NCBI RefSeq assembly: GCF_963921235.1
Contig: NC_086097.1
Coordinates: 128,714,001 to 128,778,000 of the forward strand
Direction of reading: 5' to 3'
Length of the DNA stretch: 64,000 nt
From: Mobula hypostoma
Taxonomy: Eukaryota
In this document: positions 26,285 through 40,030 of the stretch, in pieces
How the letters are laid out: every line of letters begins with the position of its first letter
Numbering within the stretch: the stretch's first letter is position 1
Program-made: the position numbers and the translations under genes
The notes under the pieces: model-generated
Told to the model about the DNA's origin: nothing
What the model saw: only the letters and a program-made list of their open reading frames with translations
Databases searched by the model: none

Positions 26285-28110
26285 AAAGGACGTTCCTCTA
26301 TTCTGTGACTGTGCTCTCTCGTTCTACACTCACCAACTATACGCAAAATTCTCTTCACATTCCCTCTGTCTAGGCCTTTCAATATCTGATAGATTTCAAT
26401 GAGGACCCCCTCTCATTCTTGTAAACTCCATCGAGTACAGGCCCAGAGCCATCAAATGCTCCTCATACATTAACCCTTTCATTCCTGGAATCACTCTTGT
26501 GAACCTCCTCTGGACCCTCTGCAACGCCAACACCTTTTCTTAGATATTGGGCCCAAACCACTCAGCATAATTCAAGTACAGTCTGACCAGTGCCTTATAA
26601 AGCCTTTGCATTACATCCTTGTTTTTATATTCTAATCCTCTCAAAATGAATGTTAACATTCCATTTGCCTTCCTTACCACCAACTCAACCTGCAAGTTAA
26701 GTTTTAGGGAATCTTGCACGAGCGTTCCCAAATCCCTTTGCACCTCTGCTTTTTGAAATTACTCCCCAATTAGAAAATAGTCTACACCTTTATTCCTTCT
26801 GCCAAAATGCATGACCATACACTTCCCTACACTATATTCCACCTGCTTCTTCTTTGCTTATTCTCCCAATTTGTCTAGGTCCTTCTGTAGACTCCCAGAT
26901 TCTCAACACCATCTGCCCCTCCATCTGTCTTTATCATCTGCAAACTTTGCCACAAAGTCATCAATTCCTTCATCCATATCATTGACATAAGGTTCGCCCA
27001 TCGTCATCGATGAAGACCACGACACCATTAGTACTTTTTACGAGTTCGAGTTGCTAGCTCGACACTCAACCAGGCACGGATGGAAAGTGTGCCCAGGAGC
27101 GGCTCGACTGGATTCGAACTCAGGAACCTTCGCTCCTGGAGTCCAGCGCTGATGTCACTGCGCCACCAGCTGGCTTGATGGTGCCGAGACTAGCACTTAA
27201 TTTGGATTTATGTGAGGGGGAGTTGCGCAGCGTCAGCCTCACTCTCTCTTCCCAATTCCCATCTGGATCCAGTGGCAAGACAAGAGTCGAGACAGTTGGA
27301 GATGGGACTAGGCACAGTGGATGACCAGGATGTCTTTTCTATCTTGTCGTGCTCTCTGCGTTGCAGAGACCACCTTCTTGACTGTTGGACCTTCCATTGG
27401 TCTCGTCCGCTCAGTCAGCCGGAGTCTGTCTTCACATGCTGGGATAGACAACTCCCTATCTCACCGAGGGTTTGAGACCCGTCGGCTACCCTCACCTGGT
27501 TTAGCCAGCTTGTCGAAGCCATTGCCCGGGGTGTGGCCGCTGTCGCATGCAAACAGCATTGGCATATAATGTGAAGAGAAGCGGTCCCAACACCACTAGT
27601 CACCAGCAGCCATCCAGTAAAGGCCCCTTTATTTCACTCTTCGCCTCCTGCCAGTCAGCCAATCTCCTATCCATGCTAGTATCTTTCATGTAATACCATG
27701 GGCTCCTGGCTTGTTAAGCAGCCTCATCTGTGGCAACGTCAAAGGCCTTCTGAACATCCAAATAAACAAGATCCACTGACTCTCCTTTGTCTATCCTGCT
27801 TGTTAATTCCTCAAAGAATACCAACTGATTTGTCAGGCAAGATTTCCCCTTAAGGAAACCATGCTGACTTTTGCCTATTTTATCATATGACTCCACGTAC
27901 CCCTGAAACCTCATCCTCAATAATGGACTCCAACATCTTCCAACCGCTGAAGTCAGACTAACTGACCTATAATTTCCTTACTTTATTCAACCCTCCCTTC
28001 TTTAAGAGTGGAGTGACATTTGCAATTTCCTGGAGAATCCTACAAGATCTTCGGGTACCTCTTTCAGAACCCCGCGGTGTAATCCATCTGGTCCAGGTGA
28101 TTTATCTATC
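26285..28110 (-). mobile_element. CR1 ORF2 fragment split by an insertion at 26991-27560
   Basis: QRDLGTLVQDSLK (26540-26743) and SQHGFLKGKSCLTN (27714-27920); attg(a/g)cata is duplicated at the insertion borders. Confidence 0.85.
26991..27560. mobile_element. Probable RTE-related non-autonomous element containing a tRNA-derived SINE (~27040-27175, minus)
   Basis: Minus strand shows A-box-like tggcgcagtg and B-box gagttcgaatcc; the remainder is homologous to 16325-16800. Confidence 0.6.
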
Positions 28111-28689
28111 TTAAAGCGTGTAGATGCCACAGTGCTGGCGGTGGAGGAAGGGAATCCTTAAAATGGAGATGATGTCAATCAAATAGGCTGTTCATTTTAC
28201 TCCTGAATTTTGACAGGCGCTATTTAACTGTATGAGTATCTTTTTACTTCAACCAAAATATGGTATCATACTATTAACTAAAGTCCCAATGGTGCTTTAA
28301 AATATGAGTATTAAGAAGTAAATGAACAGCATATGCACTGAATGATTGAAAATAACGTTCATGCCCCACTAAATTTCACAATCTGATCCCTATTTTATGA
28401 TGTCTTGCATTTGTGTGGTATCTTTCAAACCCCTTTCAGGATCACGCAAAGCGATTTGCCACCGATTAAGAATTTTATTGAAGTGTAGTCGTTTGATTAA
28501 TATGAAAAATGTATGAGCCAACTATTACTTTGCAATATCCCTTAAACAGCAGTTAAGATGAGTTCATCTATTTTCAGTAATCTTCATTCAGGGATAGAAT
28601 TGAGGCAAAGCACCGTATTAACTTACCTGGTTTTTCAATTAAACTGTATGGGAGAGTGAGACCCTTGTTTTGATGTGCTATCCTTTGCT

Positions 28690-29515
28690 GCTGCTGGTGA
28701 GCCCTATGGTAGCTGCAAGGAAATGGTGGCAATCTTTGATCATGTATTTTGCCTTCTTAAAGCAGTACCAAGTTTTAGATGTCACCACTGGTGGGGTGGG
28801 ATGTGCCCATGATATATTGGGCAGAGTCCACTTACTCTCTGCAGTTTCTTAGATGCCTGTACTTTCCAATTGCCATGCCAAACCACGTTGGAACCAGTTA
28901 GGGCACTTTTCAACAGTACAAACTGCACAAACTTTCCAGAAACTTGTTCGAGTGTTTGGTGACAATTCAAATCTCATTAACCTCCTATGAAAGTAAATTT
29001 GCTGGTCTTCTTTACTTATGATTGCATCTATGTGCTAGGATCAAATCGGATCATCTGTTAAAGTCCAGAAATACATATATTCAAAATCCATTTCTTCTCA
29101 CTGATACCATCAGGAAGAAGGTACAGGAGCTTCAGGACTTGCACCACCAATTTCAGGAATAGTTATTACCCCTCCACCATCAGGCTCTTGAACGAGAGGG
29201 GATAACTTCACCCAGCTTCACTCGTTCCATCACTGAACTGTTCCCACAACCTATGGACTCACTTTCAAGGACTCTTCATCTTGTGTTTTCGATATTTATT
29301 GTGTTTTTTTTCTTTTGGATTTGCACAGTTTGTTCTCTTTGGCACATTTTTATTTGTCCATCCTGTTGGGTGCAGTCTTTCACTGATTTTATTGTGTTTC
29401 TTGGATTTACTGTGCATGCCCACAAGAAAATAAATCTCAGGGTTGTTAATGATGACATATGTGTACTTTGATAATATATTTACTTTGATAATAAATTTGA
29501 ACTTTGAACTTTAAA
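28690..29515. mobile_element. Two Rex1/Babar fragments (minus ~28690-29060; plus ~29100-29515)
   Basis: SALTGSNVVWHGN on minus; LIPSGRRYRS..NSYYPSTIRLLN on plus with a (actttga)n tail. Confidence 0.7.
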
Positions 29516-29845
29516 CATCCAGTGAAACAATTTAATAACATTACGTACAGCTAAAATATCAATAGATATTTATAAAACGGAACAGTTTTAAACATTCAGT
29601 AGAAAGCAAATCACTTCCTCAAAGACATATAAATTACCTTTCACTTACCCTTGTTGTTTGTATTGAAGTGATCTGCTGTTCCTACACCTGGTCTAACCTG
29701 TTCTAACTTGATGCACTTTAACCCCACAGTAAGTACTGTACATCCATGCTCAGCCACTGAATTCCAGAAGCTGTCGAATGTTGGTGGGCAGTTTGGAAGT
29801 TGACAGAGGACAGCAAATCAGGACTTCTGCATGAAACTGCCATTA

Positions 29846-31250
29846 AGGGCAACTCAGTGGTTCAGCTATAAGAGCTGGTCCCTCACAGATCCTGTGACCC
29901 GGAGTTCAGTCCGGACCTCCAGTGCTATTGGTGTTGAATTTGCCTTTTCTCCCTACGACCTTATAGGTTTCTTCTGGACACTCTAGTTTTCTCAAACATC
30001 TCAAAAAATGTGCAGACTGATAGGTTATCAGAATCAGAATCAGGTCTATTATCACCGGCATGTGACGTGAAATTTGTTAACTTACCAGCAACAGTTCAAT
30101 GCAATACATAATATAGGAGATAAAAATATATAAATGAAATAAAAATAATAATAATCAATCAATCAATCAATCTCACTCCTGTATGCCCTCTCATCACCAC
30201 CTGAGGTTCTACCAATAATGGTTGTATCATCAGCAAATTTATAGATTGTATTTGAGCTATGCCTAGTCACACAGTCATGAGTATATAGAGAGTAGAGCAG
30301 TGGGCTAAGCACACACCCCTGAGTTGCATCAGTGTTGATCGTCAGAGGGGAGGAGATGTTACAACAATCCACACAGAGGCCCAGGTTCTGCAACTTCTCG
30401 ATCAGGATTGTAGGAATGATGGCATTAAATGCTGAGCTATAGTCGATGAACAGCATCCTGACATAGGTGTTTGTGTTGTCCAGGTGGTCAAAAGCCATGT
30501 GGAGAGCCATTGAGATTGCATCTGCTGTTGACCTATTGTGGCGATAGGCAAATTGCAATGGGTCCAGGTCCTTGCTGAGGCAGGAGTTCAGTCTAGTCAT
30601 GACCAACCTCTCAAAGCATTTCATCACTGTGGAGGTGAGTGCTACCAGGCGATAGTCATTAAGGCAGCTCACATTATTATTCTTAGGCACTAGTATAATT
30701 GTTGCCTTTGTGAAGCAAGTGGGAACTTCTGCCCATAGCAGTGAAAGGTTGAAAATGTCCTTGAATACTCCCACCAGTTGGTTGGCACAGGTTCTCAGAG
30801 CCTTACCAAGTGCTCCATTGGGACCTTCCGCCTTGCGAGGGTTCACTCTCATTAAAGACAATCTGACATCAGCCTCTGAGACAGAGATCACAGAGTCATC
30901 AGGTGCAGCAGGGATCTTCACAGCTGTAGTTGTGTTCTCCCTTTCAAAGCAGGCATAGAAGGCATTGAGTTCATCTGGTAGTGAAGCATCACTGCCATTC
31001 ATGCTATTGGGTTCCGCTTTGTAGGAAGTAAAGTCTTGCAAACCCTGCCAGAGTTGCCCACCGGAGTTAATTGTCCACTGTAAATTGCTCTTATCCTATA
31101 GGTGAGTGCTAGAAATTTGGAGGGAATTGATAAAAATATAGGAATAAAATGGATTAGGGTATGGTAAGTGTGAAAATAGCTGTTTGATTGTTTGGTAGGT
31201 TGGAGACCAGTTGTTATGTTGTATCTTGCTGTGAGTCTTTGACTCTCTTT
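29846..31250 (+). mobile_element. tRNA-derived V-SINE/HE1-like SINE split by a Rex1 insertion
   Basis: tRNA-like head (agtggttcagct..gagttcagtcc), central ttctccc..catctcaaa domain; resumes ttaattgtccactgtaaattg after ~31065. Related copies at ~10300-10450 and ~61740-61970 (-). Confidence 0.55.
30028..31065 (-). mobile_element. Rex1/Babar LINE, 5'-truncated and internally deleted; 292-aa RT fragment
   Basis: ORF 30163-31041 contains CLNDYRLVALTS, LDPLQFAYR, RMLFIDYSSAFN, QGCVLSPLLY and KFADDT; (tctgat)n tail. Confidence 0.92.
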
Positions 31251-31928
31251 GTATGGCTCATCACTTCACCTGAAGCGTAGCACCTGTCTCAGTGCAATTC
31301 TCTTTCAGTGCTCCTTACGGAAAAAAGAATGATTTACTTTCACTCCAGTTGCTTGGGTTCAAAAGCAGCCGAGAGGCCAAAAAGGCACTACCACAGATGA
31401 GACAAGGGGTGGGCAATGAGGCAGGTGCTGGGTGATTTTGAGCAGATGCATTCTTTCTACAACCTACTCAGGACTCTGTACAAAAACTTAAACTGACCTT
31501 CCAGTATTGCCCAAGAATTCTACTATGGCAACGACAAGAGTTTGTTGCTTAGGTCTACAGAGCAAATTTAGAACACTCCAAACAGAGGTAAGGTTGCCAT
31601 GCACTAAACTAGCATAATGATAATATTCTGTCTATAATAATTCTTGAACAGTTGTATAGAGCCTAACCGTGCTTTCTGAATGAATTTTATACCACTCTAT
31701 CTTTCCAATTTTACCATTAAAAATGCAAACAATTGAACCATTTATCTCTGGGAATCTAACAGTTTACTCAATAATAGACACATGTTGATCTATCGGGGCC
31801 ATCTTTTATTGTTTCTCTTGACATGGCAGCAAGTTCAAAGGAAGTAGGTTATCAATGTCGATGCAATCAATACTGACTAACTATGTTTCGATTAGCTAGA
31901 GCTTTTACATAAACATACCACAACATAA

Positions 31929-32128
31929 GAAATCCTGCAGATACTGGAAATCCAAAGTGACATACAGGAAAGGCTGGAGGAACTCAGCAGGTCAGGCAGC
32001 ATCCATGGAAATGACCAATCAGTCGATGTTTCGGGCCAAGACCCTTCTTCCAGACTTGAAAAGAAGGGGAAAGATGCCAGAATAAAAAGGTGGGGGGAGG
32101 AGAAGAAGGTTAGCTACAAGGTGATAGG
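31929..32128 (-). mobile_element. PLE terminal-repeat fragment
   Basis: Degenerate hammerhead region gtcgatgtttcgggccaagacccttcttccagac; 13-bp TSD taccacaacataa (31916-31928, 32129-32141). Confidence 0.7.
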
Positions 32129-32747
32129 TACCACAACATAACCACAACACAAATCTTTATGCTTGTGACTATTGATAGAGCTATTAGGTTAGATAGAGAA
32201 TCTATTTTTCATTTCTTCTCAGGCATGAAGAGATGCTTTACTCTTTGGAAATAAGGTGTGAAATAATCTTAACCTCAGACACCTTTGATGTGTAAAGTTG
32301 CACAACAATGAAGAGATGAAAGAAAAAACATTGAAGATTGAGTTACCGACGTGTCTGAAGTAGCAGAGGAAAAATCTGCATGTTGATGTATTATAATAGC
32401 AAATTTACAATTATACAGTACAGTATTAAAAAAACAGCTGCAATTAAATTATAATGTTGGAATAATCATAACATTATTGGAAATCCAATTATTGTCCAGG
32501 CCTTTCTCGTGAAATTAGTAGACAATTGCAAAGAGAAGTTCCCACTGAATTCATCAGAACTTATGATTGGAATATTACATGTTTGCTTTGATTCCACACA
32601 ATGATAAACATCTTCTCACACTGGTGTATATACCCAAAGCATTTGTATTATTCATGAACAACTCTTGTGATCTATTATACATACGAGAGTGATTCCACAT
32701 TGGTCGCTGCAGGCTAGAAAGCAGAGACTCAGAATTAATTTTATTAT

Positions 32748-32772
32748 ACACACACACACACACACACACACA
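32748..32772. repeat. (CA)n microsatellite
   Basis: Direct reading. Confidence 0.95.
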
Positions 32773-33569
32773 TGCACTCACTCACATGATAACTTCAGTT
32801 TCAGAATAGCAAACTTGCTTCACTTGTCGTCTTGGAGAACCACCCAAGTCCGTTACTGTGCTGGATTAAAAAACGTTGACAGATAGCCATAAAACAAGGT
32901 ACCAACTCTGGTGATTAGTCAAACTGCGTAGGTATGATTCCTGCTGCCACTAAGAGATCTTAATTGTTCTTTGCACAGTTGCCTGCTATTATTTTATCAG
33001 CTAAAACCACATCAAGTCTTTTCAGAAGTGTGGAGCTGATATTTTTGTAGATTGCACTAAATAACAGAGTAAGGGTAGCAGAAGAAGTGAATGCTATAAA
33101 TAAGTGGCATATCTTGTCCAGTAAAAAGTGGTATTCTTAAGGATGTTAAGGCATTTTATGGAGCACAGAGGGATTAACCTAAATGGTTCCAGGGAAGAAT
33201 GATGGACATTACAATGAATAAACAGGAGAAAATATAGTTGTCTTGCATCAGAGAAGTCTGAGTGGTGAGTTGATTCATGAATCATTATGATAGGGTAAAA
33301 TAAAGATAACTATTTCGAATGACTGCTAACTAAAGGGCTCAGGCTGCAAATAAACAAGCACCATCTGCACGGCCCCAGTGTCTAGAATTTGAATATACTG
33401 TCAGAAAGGCTGATAACCCTCAAAAGGAAATTGAGTGCTGACCAGAAGAAAAAGATTTGGAGGCAGATATGAAAAGTAGTAGAGAATTGGGAATTATTTG
33501 ACTGCTTTCGAATGAGATGAAGCGGAAACTGTGACTTGAATAGAAGAGTACAGCACAAGAACAAGCCAT

Positions 33570-33664
33570 TCGTCCCATGGAAGTGCAGAAGGCGAGCGAG
33601 TGCTCTGTGCCATCTGCCAGCCTCTCACTCACTGTTGCCAGAGGAAGGTGTCTGTGTGTGGTGG

Positions 33665-33713
<49 letters not shown>

Positions 33714-33767
33714 CTCTCTCCCTCTTGCTCACTACTCTCCAGGAAAGGTCCTTGAGTTCGAGTGCGT

Positions 33768-33818
<51 letters not shown>

Positions 33819-34110
33819 CTCTGTCTCTCTCTCTCTCCTCCCCCGCCCTTGATGCTGTCAGCGGATGGTGTAAGGTTTAATCACCGCGGTTGTAGATTTG
33901 GACTCTAATTCAGGTTTATGATGTGTTCTAGTTCTGATTGCTTCTTTTTTTTTGTTGCTCTTTGAGTGATTTTTTTGTGTGTGGGGGAATTTAATGTTTT
34001 TCTGTGAACAGGTTGGTTCCATGGTTCTTTGTTTCATGGCTGTCTGTGGGGAGGGCAAATTTCATGGTTTTATGCTGAATATGTACTTTGATAATAAATC
34101 TTTGAACTAA
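33570..34110 (+). mobile_element. Non-autonomous element with internal (CT)n arrays and a Rex1-like tail
   Basis: (CT)n at ~33666-33720 and ~33768-33838; ends tgtactttgataataaatctttgaact, like 29460-29510. Confidence 0.55.
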
Positions 34111-36736
34111 CTAAACTAATAATAAAGTAATTGGTAGAAACGTACAGAATTCACAACCACTGACATTGGGTTGGGGTTCAGATTAAGAGGCTGCTCTGAC
34201 ATGATGAAATAATTAGGTAAAGGACTTTTGCCATGCTTTGTATTCAGTTTCTTCGTGTTCAAAATATGAGTTGCTACAGATTTTCCTAAACATAAAATGC
34301 CTCCGCCATTTCATTTGTGAAAACCTACACTGGTGACTCTGATGCTCTAGGACAGTTCCAGAGTTATTCAACATGTCAGCCAATGCAGTTGCTTTGAAAC
34401 TGCTGGAGTTTTGCGAGCAAAATGTCGTCACTTGGTTTGTCCAAGCTGAGGTCCAATTCACGCTGTGAGAAATCACTGCCATAAACACCAAATATTTCTC
34501 TGTGGTTAGCGTAGATCAGTAATTCCAAAGCTGTAAGACAGGTGAGTCTACTAGAACACCTGAATGAACATGATAAATATTGATTGCTGAAAACTCACCT
34601 TTTACAGACTTTTGGACTATCAGGATCCAAGCGCGCCAAACAGTTACTCTCCTTGCCTGGCCTTGGTAATGCTAAGCCATCAGAGCTAATGAACCACATT
34701 CTGACGCTCCTGGTAAATCACCATTCTTGTTTAATTTCTGAAGAACTCTTCATGCAGCAAATGCCTGATCATGTTCGCATAGCCCTCACTAATGCACCCG
34801 GAAAGTACTACAGGGAGCTTGCTAAAATTGCTGATGGTCTACATTCAGCGAGGTAGAGGTGCATCAACCCTCCTCCTTTTTCTACCTCAATAAGTCCAGT
34901 TAGCAAGGTCCTCAACATAAGGACACCTATGGTTGTGAAACAGACACCGCCAGGACTGTGCTTGCTTTGGTACGAATGTTAGGAAGTGCTAACTGCTTTT
35001 CAGCTTCAACAGTGCTAGCACATCAGGACATCTGAGGTCTGTGAACATAGTGGGTTTCGGCTGCCAGGGTCATCTACCGTTTATTACAGACACACTTTCA
35101 GGGCAATGCCTCCTGTGTGACACGGGTGCTCAAATGAATGTACTGCCAGCATCGCCTACTGATGAGAAAGCAAAGAGCAATGAAACCTCACTGGAGGCTA
35201 CTCAGAGCAGCAGGATTCAAGACTACAGGACAGAACAGGTGGTTCTCTGCTTTAGTGGGTGACGTTACACATGGGACTTCGTCCAGCCTAAATGCCTAGA
35301 TCACTGCTCAATGCAGATTTTCCTGTGTGCCCAAGGACTATTAGTCAATCTTAAGAACTGCCAATCTGTGGATGTCAAGGAGTTTGGGTCATTACCCTGC
35401 TCCCCCAGTAAGTTCCCCACAATGACTCTGTCAAGTGCATGCACCACCGCATGTGGGTTTACTCGACTGCTGGTCAAATTCCCAAACCTCACCAAGCCCA
35501 CAGTCTCCATGACAGTTACAAAACATGGGGTCAAGCACCACATTCCCACAACTGGCCTGCCAGTCCGTGCCCACGCGGCTAGACTGCACTCAGCAAAGCT
35601 GGTAACCGTGAAGGCTGAGTTTTCCAACGTGGTAAGACTTGGCATTGCATACCAGTCAAACAGCTTCCAGGCTTCGCCCTTCCATATGGTCCCTAAGTCC
35701 AATGGTGGTTGTCGCCCATGTGGCAATTACCGATGCCTTAATGAGTTCACCCTTCCTCCCCTCCCAGTCATTACCCAATCCCACACATCCAAGACTTTTC
35801 AGCAAGTTTAGCCAGAAAGTTAATTTTTTCCAAGGTCGATCTAGTTAGGGGCTAGCAAATGGGGTTATCTACGCTGTTTTGGGAATATCCTTTGAGCTCT
35901 AAGGATATTCCCAAAATAGCTGTGATAACCTTGTTTGGCTGCTTTCAGTTTTTGCACGTCATTTCAGCTGAAAAATGCCTCACAGACTTCCCAGCGGCTA
36001 TTGTACCCTGTATTAAAAGACTTAGATTTTCTTTTTGTTCACCTGGTTAACGTACTTGTCAACAGTGCATCCAAATCCAAGCCACTATCTCAGATCTCCG
36101 CACAATTTCAAGCTCTTAAGCTGACACATGTCGATTATTAACCCTACTAAATGTCATTTTGGGTTGTCAATCATTGACTTTCTTAGCCATCATATGTCTG
36201 CAGAAGGTGCGAAACCCCTCCCATCAAAAATAGCCGCTACTATAGATTTCCCACTGCCCCGCACTGCTAAAAAACTACAGGAATTTTTAGGCATGGTGAA
36301 TTTTGATCATCGCTTCATTCCACGAGCTGCAGAACTTAGGCTCCCCCTGTGTAGTGTGCTTAAAGGCAATGCCCTTAATCATGTGTTTGATTGGTCAGTG
36401 GACTCGACCAGAGCATTTGATGACACGAAACAAGCTCTTTCCAACATGACCCTACTTGCCAACACACCATTAGTAGTGACCCATCCAGACCTTGCTGTGG
36501 GTGCTGTGCACAAACAGCTGACCAGAGGTGTGTGGCATCTGCTTGCTTTCTTCAGCTGACAGCTCCACCCCCTGAAAGAAAGTACAGTGCATCACGTTTG
36601 ACCACGAGCTTCTCCGTCACTTTCTGCTGTCCGCCATTTCACAGTGATCGTTGACCACAAACCCCTCGTACATGTGATGGCCAAAATATCAGACCTATGG
36701 TCTGCGTGGCAGCAACGCCAACTGGCCTGCACATCC

Positions 36737-37389
36737 TTTCTTTATTAATCTTTTTATTGATTTAAAAGGAGCATAAATACAATCAAGAGGAGAATTATCT
36801 CAAACATATATATCGGTAACAATATAAACCGAGATTAAGATAAACATTGTCAAAATCATAGATATTGTTAAACTAGTATGAAATATATAACAAAAAATTA
36901 AAATAGCAATTCTTCTCTTATCAGTTTATGAAGAGAAAAGAAAAAACATTGAGTTTTAAATGAAGAGGAAAAAAAACCACTACACTATATAAAAAAAAAC
37001 AAAAAAAAAACCCTAAAAAAGGGATTGGGCAGTCCATTTTGAGGATATGATCAAAAAAAAGAAAGAAAGACTTTCTGATCAAATCTAAAACTTCGAAAAA
37101 AAGACTGAAAGAGTAATAAATCAAATTAAATGAAATTATTGGCTAAAAGGTTACCAGATTTGCTCAAATTTAAAGTATGTATCAAATATCCAACTTCTTA
37201 TTTTCTCTAAACTTAAACAGGACATAATGGAGGAGAACCAATAAAAGACCGTAGGTGGATTAGAATCCTTCCACTTCAATAAAATGGCTCTCCTAGCCAG
37301 TAAGGTCGAAAAGGCTATCATACGTTGAACGGAAACAGGAATATTTCCTGCTTCCAATGGGATAATCCCAAAAATTGCCACAAGCAAAT
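36737..37389 (-). mobile_element. L1-clade LINE 3' fragment nested in Gypsy pol
   Basis: AIFG..LLARRAILLKWKDSNPPT..LSLEKIR C-terminus and an AATAAA/A-rich tail. 15-bp TSD ctggcctgca(c/t)atcc (36722-36736, 37390-37404). The Gypsy frame RQLACISEFTTDI rejoins across it. Confidence 0.9.
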
Positions 37390-38827
37390 CTGGCCTGCAT
37401 ATCCGAGTTTACAACTGATATATAACATACCAAGGAGAAAAATAATGCTGTTGCTGATTGTCTCTCACAGCCGCCGTTAAGGTCGTACACGTAGGGGCTG
37501 ACTTTGCCGGCATGGCAGCTGACCAAGCTACTGGCCCAAGGGTCCAGACTTACCAAACAGCACTCATGGGCCTGCGGTCAGCTGACATTAAATTCAGGGA
37601 AGCTGGGGGTTTCTTTCCCATGCGACGTCTCAATCGGTTGCCCTCGCCCCATAGTGCCCGCAAACTGGAGGAGGACTGTTTTTGACTCCATATGTGCTCC
37701 CTTGCAACTGGATCGCAAAGACTCACGGAAACTGGTTGCACTAAAGTTTATGTGGCATGGTCTTAGAAAGGATGTATGTGAGTGGACTGCCGCCTGGGTG
37801 GAGTGCCAGCAAGCAAAAGTTAACCGTCATGTCCAGGCAACATTGGCACCTATTGAGGTCCCTGAGCGAAGGTTTGACCATGTCAATGTGGATCTTGTTG
37901 GTCCTCTTCCCCCCTCCCACGGTTTCATGCACCTCACCATGATGGACCATACCAGCAGGTAGCCAAAGGTCATTCCTCTAACATTGATGATGACTGCAGA
38001 AATGGCTCAGGCATTCTTCAGAATCTGCGTTGTTCAGTTCTGCAGCCCATCTGATATTTCCTCTTACCGCGGTCCCCAATTCATATCAGACCTCTGGGCT
38101 GCGATGGTCCAGAACCTTGGCATTAGGCTACATCACATCACAGCGTATCACCACAGTCCAATGGCCTGTGTGAGCAGCTTCACCACTCCTTAATGGCTGC
38201 TCTGAAAGCTTCCCTCTTCAATGAGTACAGGCATAATCGTCTCCCACGGGTCCCACTGGGGATCAGAACAGCTCCAGAAGAGGACCTGCTGTCTTTCATG
38301 GCTGAAATGGTAAAAGGGCAGCCATTATGAGTGCCAAGTGATTTTATTCCCTATGTCACGACCACCTGGTCGGTCTCTCAACAGCGTTCTACCCTCCTCA
38401 GTAAATTCAATTTCTTTGCACCTATTCCTACCTCTGATCAAGGCGTACAACACTCCTCGGTTCCTGTTGAACTACATTCAACCTTGTTTTGTTTTGTTGG
38501 CCATGATGCACACCGACATCCCCTTAGGTCCCCTTATGATTATCCATTTCGTATTTTGGAATGGAGAGAAAAGACTTTTATCATAGATAATAGGGGTAAA
38601 CCTAAATGTGTTTTTAGTAAAACAGGCCTACCAGGATTTGGAGGATTCTGCTGCCATGCCTCTGCTGTCACGACATGACCATGTCAACACACCTCTGGAA
38701 GAGACAGAAGCACCTGCTGTTCGTCCACCCATGGAACACAGGACCCAAAATGGGCTGCTCGCCTGAGCTCCGTCAAGCTCACAGTGCCGGGCTTAGTGAA
38801 TTCTGGAGGAGGCCTGTGTCAGGTAAT

Positions 38828-39448
38828 GTAATACTTTATACTTCATATACTTTATATACTTTATTATTGCCAAACAATTGATACTAGTGTGTATGATCAT
38901 CACAGCGATATTTGATTCTGCACTTCGCGCTCCCTGGAGTACAAATCGAAAGTAAATATAAAAAATTTAAATTATGAATCATAAATAGAAAATAGAAAAG
39001 GGGAAGTAAGGTAGTGCAAAAAAACCGAGAGGCAGGTCCAGATATTTGGAGGGTACGGCCCAGATCCGGGTCAGGATCCATTCAGCAGTCTTATCACAGT
39101 TGGAAAGAAGCTGTTCCCTAATCTGGCTATATGAGTCTTCAAGCTCCTGAGCCTTCTCCCGGAGGGAAGAGGGACGAAAAGTTTGTTGGCTGGGTGGGTT
39201 GTGTCCTTGATTATCCTGGCAGCACTGCTCCGACAGCGTGCAGTGTAAAGTGAGTCCAAGGACGGAAGGTTGGTTTGTGTGATGTGCTGGGCCGTGTTCA
39301 CGATCTTCTGCAGCTTCTTCCGGTTTTGGACAGGACAACTTCCATACCAGGTTGTGATGCACCCTAGAAGAATGCGTTCTACGGTGAATCTATAAAAGTT
39401 AGTGAAGGTTTTAGGGGACAGGCCAAATTTCTTTAGCTTCCTCAGGAA
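38828..39448 (-). mobile_element. Rex1/Babar 3' fragment inserted at the start of the Gypsy 3' LTR
   Basis: IIKDTTHP..PLPSGRRLRS..NSFFPTVIRLLN; (aagtata)n tail; gtaat occurs at both borders. Confidence 0.85.
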
Positions 39449-39634
39449 GTAATTGGTGGAAATGTACTGAATTCAAAACCACCAACATTGGGTTAGGATT
39501 CACTTTAAGTGGTGGGTCTGACGTGATGAGGTCATTATGTAAAGGACTTTTACTGCGCTTTGTGTTCAATATTTTTGGTTTCTTAAACATAAAACACTTA
39601 CGCTGTTTCACTTGTGAAAATCTACAATAGCACC

Positions 39635-40030
39635 TAATTAAACTAGTTCCTTTTGCCTACACAATGTCCATATCCCTCTATTTTCTGCATGTCCATGTAC
39701 CAATCAAAGAACACCTTAAACGCCTCTGTCATATCTGCCTCCACCACCATTCCTTACACCCATAACCTTTGTATAAAAAAACTTACCCCATTCAACTCCT
39801 TTGAATTTTGACCCTCTCATCTTAAGTGCATGCCCTCTAATATAAAGCATTTCAATCATGAGAACAGGACACCAGCCAATCATTCTGTCTATGCCTCTCA
39901 TGATCTTATATATTTCAATTAGACCTCTTCGGAGGAACCAAAGTTCTGTCAATGTCTCCTCATAACACATACCCTCCAATCCAGCAGTATCCTAGTAAGG
40001 CCCTTCTGCTCCCTCTCCAAAGCATCCATA
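39635..40030 (-). mobile_element. Old CR1 3' fragment
   Basis: LIEIYKIMRGIDR..RGHALK in ORF 39716-39979. Confidence 0.75.

Larger units (their letters stand above)
34127..39626 (+). mobile_element. Degenerate Ty3/Gypsy LTR retrotransposon
   Basis: Diverged LTRs at 34127-34329 and 39449-39626 (gtaattggt..tgtgaaaa.ctaca). PBS-like tgg at 34331 and PPT-like ggaggagg at 38805-38812. Gag MSANAVALKLLEF..WFVQAEVQF from 34373, protease LCDTGA, RT ASPFHMVPK, RNase H LLAFFS, integrase HVNVDLVGPLP. Many stops and frameshifts. Confidence 0.93.

Noticed and set aside
28621..28630. acttacctgg resembling the U1 snRNA 5' end
   Set aside because: The following sequence does not continue as U1.
33536..33880. 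Ser/Leu-repeat ORFs
   Set aside because: Translation of (CT)n microsatellites.
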